Source: an uncultured virus (IMG/VR IMGVR_UViG_3300021387_003972)
Lineage: Duplodnaviria > Heunggongvirae > Uroviricota > Caudoviricetes
Strand: one strand, 5' to 3'
DNA: 64,000 nt
Virus record (IMG/VR): IMGVR_UViG_3300021387_003972
This document shows, piece by piece, positions 7,812 to 16,348 of the stretch; position 1 is the first letter of the stretch; each line of letters starts with the position of its first letter. A program made the translations under genes and the position numbers. Below the pieces are notes generated by a model. The model saw nothing but the letters and a program-made list of their open reading frames with translations, was not told where the DNA came from and made no database searches.

Positions 7812-9044
7812 TCATACTTTCTCCGTCTTACTCAGCATGATCCATCCAGCTCCGCTCTTAAGCCTTCCCCAGTCTCCCTTTACCTGAACTATGGTAAAGA
7901 TCCCGACAGGGCACTTTCTCTCAGTCTTGCCGTAACTGGTACCGGGTCCTTTCAGGATATCCATCGTCTTTGTCACTCGGACGAGGAAAGGTACTTTCAC
8001 GCCGGATGCCCGGTAAACTTCCTTTCCGTTCCAGTCGAACACTCCATAGGCACTGCCGGCTTTATCTGCTGCCGCCTTTGCGTTGGCCAGAATGCTGTAT
8101 GCCCCGATCTGGGAGTTCACGTTGCCCCAGATCTTCCTGACGCGGTAGAGCTGAGCAGGCTTTCCGTCATATGGGACATCGAAAGTCCAGGTGCTTCCGC
8201 CCTGTCTTACGGTGAGCTTTCCGCCGGAAGCTGTCATGATGATATCCGCATTCTGCATCAGGACCTTCACCCCCTGCTCGATCAGGCGCCTTGCTCCGTA
8301 CGCCGTAAAGCCGGTCGTGCCAGGGCCTTTGGACTCGATGTTAGTCTCATAGGCGATGACACATCCGGCCTTTCTAGCCGCCTGAGCATTACTCATGGAA
8401 CAGCTGTTGCCGTGATGAGGGACCTTCAGGATGAGGATCTTCTCGCCGAAGTATGCGATCGCTTCTTTCAGAGCATTCGGACCATCCCCAGTCGTGAGGA
8501 ACCTCAGCTTCGGAAAATAACAGCACAGAGAGCCATCGTTGGTGAAGGCCCAGGCATTCCCGTCATCGTACTCCGTAAAGTGTGTCGGCTGCTTTCTCCA
8601 CACTTTGAACTCGATGTCTCCAAGCGTGACGTTCCTGCCTTTTGCAAGGTAGTCGATCTTGGCGCCTCTCCCCCGAGCCTGACTGATGCAGGTATTCAGG
8701 TTATTGAAGTCGTCCTTCACAGACCTTCCGTTGGCACTGCTTCCGATCCCGTGCTTGATCGTGTCCGGATCATAGCAGAAAAAAGTCCGGATATTAAAAT
8801 AGCTGTCCGCCATGATCACTCTCAGGCCTTTGTAATGGTCGTAGTGAGGATGGGACAGCATCAGATGCAGGTCCTTGTATTTATGCTTCTTCAGGTAACT
8901 TACGAGAGCCGTTGTCGGCGCCCCGCCGTCAAATCCATCGATGACGAGCGTCTGTCCGGTATCGCTGTGGATCACACAGCCGTCCCCATGTCTCTCATCG
9001 CTTCTGTTCGTTTTGAACCCAGGTACAAAAATTGTGATAGCCAT
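7812..9044 (-). CDS. Metallo-beta-lactamase-fold (ComEC/Pce-like) hydrolase with C-terminal cell-wall-binding domains
   Basis: GDGCVI..LVIDG, HPHYDH (HxHxDH), NDGSL, TTGDG, KVPHHG; C-terminal YRVRK..QIGAYS..NAK and CPVGIFTIV..WGRLKSGAGWI, the latter shared with the endolysin. Confidence 0.85.
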   Translation of the reverse strand: MAITIFVPGFKTNRSDERHGDGCVIHSDTGQTLVIDGFDGGAPTTALVSYLKKHKYKDLHLMLSHPHYDHYKGLRVIMADSYFNIRTFFCYDPDTIKHGIGSSANGRSVKDDFNNLNTCISQARGRGAKIDYLAKGRNVTLGDIEFKVWRKQPTHFTEYDDGNAWAFTNDGSLCCYFPKLRFLTTGDGPNALKEAIAYFGEKILILKVPHHGNSCSMSNAQAARKAGCVIAYETNIESKGPGTTGFTAYGARRLIEQGVKVLMQNADIIMTASGGKLTVRQGGSTWTFDVPYDGKPAQLYRVRKIWGNVNSQIGAYSILANAKAAADKAGSAYGVFDWNGKEVYRASGVKVPFLVRVTKTMDILKGPGTSYGKTERKCPVGIFTIVQVKGDWGRLKSGAGWIMLSKTEKV

Positions 9045-9055
9045 ACTCTCCCCCT

Positions 9056-10591
9056 TTAAATCTTCTTGACATCAGAGAGCTTCACCCAGCCGGCGCCGCT
9101 CTTTAGTTTTCCGTAGCCGCCACGCTCCTCTACGATCGTGTAGATCCCCACAGGACATTTACGTACCGTAGCAGAAGTAGCTGCCGCACTCTTCTTGATA
9201 TCGATCCGCTTACTCACCCGTACCAGGTACGGCAGCTTGTTGACCGGCTCCGTCTCCTGCTTCTCCTCCGCGGGCATGGATCCGGCATCGTACTGTGTAA
9301 GATGCCACTCTTCGATGATGGAGCAGAGCTTATCAACATAAGTCGTGCTGGTGGCGTACCCGCCGTTCCCCACGATCTGCGCGGCTTTCCGGTAGTCCGT
9401 ACAGCCTTTCAGGCCTTCATACCGAAGAGCACTCCCTTTCCTGGCACCTGTCAGGTAAGCAGAGTGGTCCGCAATGGAATCCTCAATACACGGGTACTTC
9501 CGAAACTCCGCCGTGACCTTTTCCACGCCCCAGCTTCTCTGCTCCCTGGTACTCTTCGTGTAGATGCTCTTTCCATCCCAAACAGATCCCGGCCAGCTAT
9601 TACCGGAAAGCGACTTCTTCATCCCGAAGCAGTTGTTGGCCTTCTGAGAAAGCTCGCTCTTGCCATAGCCGGACTCCAGGATAAATTGAGCGAGAGATAC
9701 CGATGCCAGCACTCCGCTCTTCTTCTGATCCGCCGTAAAGAGCGCCCCGACCTTCCTCATCACTTCTGCGTTAGAGAGGTCCTTCAGCTCGGAAGCCTGC
9801 GTTCTTGTTCCGGAACTTTTCTTCTCCCCATATGCCGCTTTGAGTGCCTTCTCTGTGGCAGTGTCGAAGACTCCGTTATTCTCCAGTCCGGCGTCCTTCT
9901 TAAACGCCTGAAGCGCCGCCAGCGTGTCATTTCCAAAACTCCCGTCCACGCCGCAGTTACCGCAAGAATATCCGCAGACGATGAGCATCCGCTGCAGCTC
10001 CTCCACACCGGATCCGCGGTCGCCGATTGTAAGTCCGGACACTGCAGTCCCGCCAAGCTCTGCCGTTACCTTCTTCGCAAGGTCTCCCAGGCGGGAATAC
10101 AGCCAGTCGCCCGGACAGCTTTTATTGGCAAACCACCTATGGACGGTAATGACCATCTCATCAGACTTCGGAGAATAACTCAGCGTCTTATTCTTGTCGC
10201 CAAACCAGAGCAGCTTTTTCTTGCCATTCCTCCGGCAGATGTCCACACAGAGCCTGATGAGCGTCTGATAGACGGCATCATTCATCCAGTAAGGGCTGTA
10301 GGTATCCGATGCGCACTCAATCGTCACCGCTCTCTGGTCGTTAGCATTGGAGGATGTACACCAGGAGCGATTCTTCTCTTCCACATACATTCCGACCCTG
10401 CCGTCTCGGTCGATGCCATAGTTGCTGGATGCCTTGTAGGAACTCTTTGCAAAGATATTTCCCAAGCTCTCCGCAGAAACCTGCCCCACCACGCAGTGGG
10501 GCGAGATCCTGTCGATACTGTGTGTCCGCTGTCCGGAGTGGTTCGGGCTGAGCTTGGTGCAGACCACCATCTTGCTGTTCGTATAAGCCAT
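9056..10591 (-). CDS. Endolysin: amidase_2, PG-binding domain, GH73 glucosaminidase and SH3-like tail
   Basis: SPNHSG..PHCVVG..ASSNYGI..TIECAS..VHRWFANKSCPG; GDRGSGVEELQRML..VDGSFGNDT; AQFILESGYGKS..NNCFGMK..FRKY..GGYATS. Confidence 0.92.
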   Translation of the reverse strand: MAYTNSKMVVCTKLSPNHSGQRTHSIDRISPHCVVGQVSAESLGNIFAKSSYKASSNYGIDRDGRVGMYVEEKNRSWCTSSNANDQRAVTIECASDTYSPYWMNDAVYQTLIRLCVDICRRNGKKKLLWFGDKNKTLSYSPKSDEMVITVHRWFANKSCPGDWLYSRLGDLAKKVTAELGGTAVSGLTIGDRGSGVEELQRMLIVCGYSCGNCGVDGSFGNDTLAALQAFKKDAGLENNGVFDTATEKALKAAYGEKKSSGTRTQASELKDLSNAEVMRKVGALFTADQKKSGVLASVSLAQFILESGYGKSELSQKANNCFGMKKSLSGNSWPGSVWDGKSIYTKSTREQRSWGVEKVTAEFRKYPCIEDSIADHSAYLTGARKGSALRYEGLKGCTDYRKAAQIVGNGGYATSTTYVDKLCSIIEEWHLTQYDAGSMPAEEKQETEPVNKLPYLVRVSKRIDIKKSAAATSATVRKCPVGIYTIVEERGGYGKLKSGAGWVKLSDVKKI

Positions 10592-11004
10592 TACTCTCCC
10601 TCCTTCTCAGCCCTGTCATGGAGCTGCTCCAATACATCCTTGAGTTTCTCCGGGATAGGGAGCCCCAGATGTCCCGCGTTCTCCAGAAGGCTTACTCCTT
10701 CATTGGAGAGGTAGAAAAAGATGATGGCTGTTCTGAGCACGCTCCCTGTGCCGATCACATTGACGTCCAGGATGTGTCCGATTCCGACCAGTATGAAGAT
10801 GATCACTTTCCGGCAAATGCCTCGGAATCCCACCTCGCTGGAGAGCTTATGGTCGTTAATCGCACACATGACGCCGGTGACGTAATCCGTTACTGCGAAC
10901 ACCACAAGAGCTACTAGCAGACCGTCGCATCCGCCCAGGAAGTACCCCAGCCATCCTCCGAGAGCCGTAAAGATCAGTTGAATAAGGTTCCAGAATTCTT
11001 TCAT
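10591..11004 (-). CDS. Holin (phage_holin_4_1 / toxin-secretion type)
   Basis: GGWLGYFLGGCDGLL..DYVTGVMCA..LSSEVGFRGICRK..FYLSNEGVSLLENAGHLGLPIPEKLKDVLEQL; start reassigned to MKEFW after the RBS. Confidence 0.93.
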   Translation of the reverse strand: MKEFWNLIQLIFTALGGWLGYFLGGCDGLLVALVVFAVTDYVTGVMCAINDHKLSSEVGFRGICRKVIIFILVGIGHILDVNVIGTGSVLRTAIIFFYLSNEGVSLLENAGHLGLPIPEKLKDVLEQLHDRAEKEGE

Positions 11005-11060
11005 GTCGTTCCTCCTTTGCATGAAAAAAGGCACCCCGGAGGATGCCTGTGATTACTATA

Positions 11061-13040
11061 TTATGAGAACTTGATATTAAAAGATGAAGACATCACGATC
11101 GGCGTACAGTTAGTGATCGCCGTGCCCCCACTCGTAACCCACTTTGTGGAGTTCGTCAGTTTTATCCTGATCATCCCGATCTCCTTTGTAATTGAGATCT
11201 CGGGACTGTACGAAGCCATGTTTATATTGGCAAAAACTCCTCCGGATGCCGACGCTTTATTATACACGAACCCCTGTGTCGATCTTACGGTCATGACTCC
11301 GCTCACCAGCGTTGCAGATGAAGCGGTTATAGGTCTTCCGAGCGAATAAATAAGATACATCTCTGTTGAGGCTGTCATTATCGTGCCGAACCCCCATATA
11401 CCAACAGTCATCGTATCACCTGCCTTGATCACAGCGTCTGTAAGACTGGACAACGATATGGTCTTGCTGCCAACTTTTCCGTTGTTCGCATACAGGAACT
11501 GGCCGTTTGTGAGAGATGTCGGCGTATCCGTGCTGATTGACGGGACCTGCCCGATGAGCTTTCCGTCTTTGGCGCAGAGGAACAATCCGTTCCCGAAACT
11601 GGTCAGAGTCTGCGCCCCAATTGTAATGATATCCCTGATGTTGACCTGAACACCGTTCCCAGTCATAAAGAAGGCGTCATCCCTGAACAGCGCTTTGAAG
11701 GCACAGTCCAGATAGTTTTCCATAGTCGCCTTCTGACCGAACGCGACTCCTTTTCCTCCATGAAGGAAATGCATCAGATAAACTGCTGTCGAGATATAGT
11801 CTGTAAAAGAGACCGTACAGAACTGATCCGTGACCTCGTACATCACATCATAGGAGAACTCCGTATCGAGGTCATTATTCCCGCAGGTATTCACTCCGGG
11901 CTCGATCGCAGCTTCGGTCCCATAAACAACCGCGTCTGTCTTCTTGTACTTCACCGTCATGGTAATGGCGTTCTTTCCGTTGCAGGTCGAGAAGCTCACT
12001 GCGGTCGTACTCTTAAAATACGTTCCGTCATTGTCGACTGTCCCATCTGCCAGGCACCTCTCACTCACACAGGCCGTAAACTTGGGAGCCGCATAGGGGA
12101 CAAAGGTCACAGTCGCTGCCTTTGAAGCTGTCCTGCCTCTGCTGTCTGTCACTGTCACCGTACAGGCCAATGATCCGCTCTGTGTGATCACATCGATCAT
12201 AGGAAGACTCGATGCCGAGTAGGCATGTGAAACGGACTGCGTCCCCACCTGCAGCTTTATCTGCGAGATGGTAGAACTGTACGCTCCTGCTGTCGTGATA
12301 GCGGATACCCTCACGCCGCTCTTGTGCTGGATGAACATGTTCCAGGCAGACGGCACCGGCGTATCCGTTTTGTCTGCCAGCGTAATGCTCGTGAGCGTCG
12401 GAACTACACTCGACGGCACTGAAACCGTCAGCTTAACCGTAAAGCTCGAATATACCAGTCCTCCGTAAAGGACCTGGCATGTCACATTCGCCTGCGCGGT
12501 CACCGCGTTCGGAACAGCGTTGCACCAGGCGATCGGGATCGCGTACTCGAGCGTCTTTGTGGTGGAGGTCGCGCTTCCTGTATAGGACCCCAGTGTAAAT
12601 GTGGCCTTGTAGGTCGCGTCCGTACCGGAGGTGGTGAATACCACCCTCGATTTCGTGCTCCCATCCATCACACCACCTGAGGTCGTTGCTGCTGTCGGAG
12701 CTTTCTCGATCTCATAGAAGGAAAACTCCTGATTTAAGAGTTCCCTACCGTCATAGGAATCTGTCAGTTTCAGAGTAAAAAACGGCTTGCTTATCGTCAG
12801 CTGCTGACTGGTCATCTTTATCTTGTAGGTCGTCCCCATCATTGTTGACGTCTTGTTTGTCGTCCAGCTGCAGGACTGCTTCGTGCCATTCACATAGACA
12901 TTTATCGTTCCCTGAACACCCCAGTATGAATTACTCGCCGTATACACCATCGTCAGCTTAGTCGTGGCTCCCGAGACTGACCCTGTTGCCACAAGGATAT
13001 TATCCAATACATCTTTGATCGTCCTCTTCGTAAGGCTCAT
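11061..13040 (-). CDS. Minor tail / receptor-binding protein (DUF859-like)
   Basis: Position before the holin; Thr/Ser-rich beta repeats, TVTDSRGRTAS, ERCLADGT, GKGVAFG motifs. Confidence 0.7.
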   Translation of the reverse strand: MSLTKRTIKDVLDNILVATGSVSGATTKLTMVYTASNSYWGVQGTINVYVNGTKQSCSWTTNKTSTMMGTTYKIKMTSQQLTISKPFFTLKLTDSYDGRELLNQEFSFYEIEKAPTAATTSGGVMDGSTKSRVVFTTSGTDATYKATFTLGSYTGSATSTTKTLEYAIPIAWCNAVPNAVTAQANVTCQVLYGGLVYSSFTVKLTVSVPSSVVPTLTSITLADKTDTPVPSAWNMFIQHKSGVRVSAITTAGAYSSTISQIKLQVGTQSVSHAYSASSLPMIDVITQSGSLACTVTVTDSRGRTASKAATVTFVPYAAPKFTACVSERCLADGTVDNDGTYFKSTTAVSFSTCNGKNAITMTVKYKKTDAVVYGTEAAIEPGVNTCGNNDLDTEFSYDVMYEVTDQFCTVSFTDYISTAVYLMHFLHGGKGVAFGQKATMENYLDCAFKALFRDDAFFMTGNGVQVNIRDIITIGAQTLTSFGNGLFLCAKDGKLIGQVPSISTDTPTSLTNGQFLYANNGKVGSKTISLSSLTDAVIKAGDTMTVGIWGFGTIMTASTEMYLIYSLGRPITASSATLVSGVMTVRSTQGFVYNKASASGGVFANINMASYSPEISITKEIGMIRIKLTNSTKWVTSGGTAITNCTPIVMSSSFNIKFS

Positions 13041-15262
13041 TCCTTCTCACCTCCAAAGTCCACTTTGAAAACTCCGTCCTCATCCTCTACCGGGATGTAC
13101 TCCGAAGCTCGCCTTGCCATCAGCTTCATCCCCGCTCTCATCGCATTCATAGTGACACCATTCGACTGCTGCACAGCTCTCCACTTCACACCCATGCCGT
13201 ACTCGGTCGAGATGAAATCGAAGTATCCGCCATCTGCCGCAGCACCAACAGAGAGCCTGTCCATCGCTTCGATCGCGTTGATGTGCATCTTGTTGTACTG
13301 GACATAGGCGATCTCCGATCCGTTCTGCAAGAAGGCCATCTTCTCGTTGTCGAGGTTGATGGAGTAGGGAGACTCATCGCCGTCCTGCTGCTTGCCGATG
13401 TTGAGACCATCCTCATTGAAGCGGAAATACGTGCTGGTCTCGTGCTTGTAGTCGAGAAGGGCGTCCTCCTGATCAGAGACTCTCTGGTTAAGCTCTACGA
13501 CAGAATCGCTGAGCGCTTCATCCGTCTGGGCAATGCTCTCCTGACAGTCCTGGATGCCGGCAGCCAGCGTCCCAGTGACCGTGCTGATGGAGATCTCGAT
13601 CTCGTCAGCCTTCTGGGATACCGCGCTCTCCGCGTAGGTCCTTACCCTCTCCTCCGCATCTACAACCTCCTCCCTTGCTTTCTCAGCAAGTTTCCGGGAG
13701 GCATTGTCGAGCGGCTGGAATGCTCCATCCACAAAGGCATAAAGCCTGTCAGACGATGTGAAATATCCGACAGTCGCACTGCTCATCACGCCGAGCGAGA
13801 TATAATACATACCATCCTCTTCTGTCGGGACCACTGTCGTCATCCAGTTCGATGCTGCGATCGTGAAGTGGTTATCCTCCACTTCTCCCTTCAGCCACAG
13901 TATCTTGGCAGCGGTGCCGGATTCGATCGTTCCCGTGGTTGAGAAGTTTACATCCGGCATGGCCTCATAGGTGGTTTTTGCCGTAGCGTTCGCGGCGATC
14001 GCCGCCGAGGCATAGAGGATCGGATAGGCAAGGTCGAACATAAGAGACGCCGCCAGGTTCTTATACCCGTCTGCATTTCCGGCGATCAAGTGTGCCTTCG
14101 TGACAGCGGCTACTGCCTTGATCGCCGTGTTGTGAAGGACCCTGTCATAGGTATTGGAGTTCGGTATAGATGCCGCCCTCCAGTTCGTTCCGTCATAGGT
14201 CATGTTGATAACACACCCGGCTCCGAAGTGGGTCGTCACCCGCGTCGTATTCAGATAGACCGGTATGGCGGCTGTCGCAGATCCGTCAGCCAGCGTCAGG
14301 GTAAGAGACGCATTTCCGCTTCCGGCATACGGCAGCTTATAGGCGATCGTTTTCCCCGCATAAAGAGCGATATCCGTCGATACACCTTTCCATGATCCGG
14401 TGGCGGCTGTCTGCGTCCCCACGATATACTCCACACTTCTGGAAATCGCGGTATCAGCCTTCGCATCAACTGCGGCTACGGACGCATTCACATCCTCCGG
14501 TGCCGGCGTCCAGTCAGTCGCTTTATTACCGATCTCCAGTTTTGCCTTTGAAACGATAACAGTTCCCGAACTAATACCCTGAATATAGATTCCGATATTA
14601 TGCTCTGCCGCTATGTCTGTCTCTACAGTCCATATAAAGCTGATCCGATCATGAAAGGAATTTCCTGTAATAGAAGCAGCCGCTCCTGTTCCTGTATCCC
14701 CGGATCTGTAAGCCCAGCATCCCAGATACTGTGTTCCGCTGGTCGCCTTTGGATTTGCTATTTCCATACCGATCCTGTGATAGGTATGTGTGCCCCAGAC
14801 AATTTCATCAGCATCGATCCGTATCGACAGCGTTAAAGTGGTGCCTGCCGGAATGAGTTCTGAACTTTTTAATGTAAGAGTTGAAGAAGTCCCTGATCTT
14901 TCCAGTATCTGGCTGGATCTGAGAATATAGTTTCTCCCTCCGACTGTAAGGTTCTCGATATTCTCCTGCGCCGCCACTGCCTTGTTGTAGGCAGCCTTGG
15001 CTGCTTCATAGGAACTGGAAAGAGACACGTCGCTGTAGGAAAACGTAGCGTCCGTGAACACCGTAAGGTCCGTAAAATACAGGCTGTTGGTGCTCCCGGA
15101 CGTATAGGAGGGCTCTGTCTTTACCCAGCTCCCTCCCGGCGGATTCGCAGTAGGCTTTGAAGGCATGGAGGAAGTAGAGCTCTGCAGGAGATAATATCTT
15201 GTAACGCTCTGAACGTCCCTGATAGTCGCGAGCGTGATCTCTGCTTTTGCTTTTACTGCCAT
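13037..15262 (-). CDS. Tail fibre / baseplate protein with an internal carbohydrate-binding-like insert
   Basis: SSSYEAAKAAYNKA, VGGRNYI..KLEIGNKATDWTPAPED, C-terminal YFRFNEDGLNIG..MAFLQNGSEIAY. Confidence 0.75.
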   Translation of the reverse strand: MAVKAKAEITLATIRDVQSVTRYYLLQSSTSSMPSKPTANPPGGSWVKTEPSYTSGSTNSLYFTDLTVFTDATFSYSDVSLSSSYEAAKAAYNKAVAAQENIENLTVGGRNYILRSSQILERSGTSSTLTLKSSELIPAGTTLTLSIRIDADEIVWGTHTYHRIGMEIANPKATSGTQYLGCWAYRSGDTGTGAAASITGNSFHDRISFIWTVETDIAAEHNIGIYIQGISSGTVIVSKAKLEIGNKATDWTPAPEDVNASVAAVDAKADTAISRSVEYIVGTQTAATGSWKGVSTDIALYAGKTIAYKLPYAGSGNASLTLTLADGSATAAIPVYLNTTRVTTHFGAGCVINMTYDGTNWRAASIPNSNTYDRVLHNTAIKAVAAVTKAHLIAGNADGYKNLAASLMFDLAYPILYASAAIAANATAKTTYEAMPDVNFSTTGTIESGTAAKILWLKGEVEDNHFTIAASNWMTTVVPTEEDGMYYISLGVMSSATVGYFTSSDRLYAFVDGAFQPLDNASRKLAEKAREEVVDAEERVRTYAESAVSQKADEIEISISTVTGTLAAGIQDCQESIAQTDEALSDSVVELNQRVSDQEDALLDYKHETSTYFRFNEDGLNIGKQQDGDESPYSINLDNEKMAFLQNGSEIAYVQYNKMHINAIEAMDRLSVGAAADGGYFDFISTEYGMGVKWRAVQQSNGVTMNAMRAGMKLMARRASEYIPVEDEDGVFKVDFGGEKE

Positions 15263-15264
15263 TT

Positions 15265-16335
15265 TTATCCCTCCAGCTGCGCGATGTAGGTTGCCTTATT
15301 TGTTACGTCTCCGGAACTGATGTTGAGCGTGGGACCTGTGGTGGAAAGAGCTGTTGTGGATCCGTCCTTATACCACTTGATCGTTCCCAGCGCCGCGATC
15401 TGCGTAGCATTCAGCTCTGTTCCGGCCTTATACACATGAGCAGTCAGAGTCGTGACAACAGCCGTGTTTTTGAAGATAGTGCCGTTGGAGCTCGTCACCG
15501 TCATGGTGATGGCGTCCGCTCCCGGATCTCCCGGATCTCCTTTTCCGCCCTTGATGTTATTGACATACACCCACTTAGCCGCGCTCGCCGCCCCGGCAAC
15601 AGTGCAGCGGTAAGTATTGTAGGTGCTGGTGTTCAGGTACATATCACCGACTTTCGCCGCCGTGATGCCAGAGCCCGAGAAGACCGTCGCAGTAGTCGAA
15701 GTGCCTGTGATCTTGGTACCCGTGTACCAGATAGCCCCCGGTCCGATATCTCCGGTCTGTCCCTTGATATTTCCGACATAGACCCACTTCGCAGCAGACG
15801 CCGCTCCTCCTACCGTACAGCGGTAGGTATTCATGGTATCGGTGTTGAGATACATGTCTCCGACCTGAGCATTTGTGATGCCGGAGCCCGAAAATGCCGT
15901 AGCGGTCGTACTTGTACCCGTGATCTTGTTGCCGGAATACCACTGGGCGCTGCTGCCGGCCGCGCCTGTCTGCCCCTTAAAGGAAATCTGGAAGGTGAAC
16001 AGCTTGTGGATCACAATGTTTCCACCATCAAGAGATACCGGGATATCCACCGTTCCGCCTTGCGTTACAGAAGTCGATACGCTGATCGTGATGGTCGGCT
16101 GCGTGGCGTCTGTATCCACAGAAGTCGTTACACCTGACGGCGCTACGATAGCGGAGTTGTCGACAGTCGCCGGAACCTGGCCGCTGCCGCACATGGCGAC
16201 GACAGTCGTGGTCGTACTCCCCGCCAGCGCCGCGTCAGTACTTCCGGCAAAGGTAAATGAATCGTTCGTCAGTATGACGGAATAGCCGTCTGTAAGGTCG
16301 ACGATACTGATCTGGTCTGAACTTTTAATAGCCAT
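15265..16335 (-). CDS. Tail-associated protein with short collagen-like linkers and a duplicated 71-aa module
   Basis: IVDLTDGYSVILTND N-terminus; GxxGxxG linkers; SSNGTIFKN..TLTAHVYKAG C-terminus. Confidence 0.7.
   Translation of the reverse strand: MAIKSSDQISIVDLTDGYSVILTNDSFTFAGSTDAALAGSTTTTVVAMCGSGQVPATVDNSAIVAPSGVTTSVDTDATQPTITISVSTSVTQGGTVDIPVSLDGGNIVIHKLFTFQISFKGQTGAAGSSAQWYSGNKITGTSTTATAFSGSGITNAQVGDMYLNTDTMNTYRCTVGGAASAAKWVYVGNIKGQTGDIGPGAIWYTGTKITGTSTTATVFSGSGITAAKVGDMYLNTSTYNTYRCTVAGAASAAKWVYVNNIKGGKGDPGDPGADAITMTVTSSNGTIFKNTAVVTTLTAHVYKAGTELNATQIAALGTIKWYKDGSTTALSTTGPTLNISSGDVTNKATYIAQLEG
15545..15942 (-). repeat. Two-copy 213-bp tandem duplication (WYxGxKITGTSTTAT..GDMYLNT..KWVYVxNIKG)
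   Basis: Matching Trp codons at 15940-15942 and 15727-15729 are 213 bp apart; the two protein copies are clearly similar. Confidence 0.85.
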
Positions 16336-16348
16336 TTGAATTCTCCTT

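Noticed and set aside
7812..9044. Beta-lactamase (antibiotic resistance) gene
   Set aside because: Motifs (TGD, KVPHHG) and the wall-binding tail fit ComEC/Pce-like hydrolases; no signal peptide
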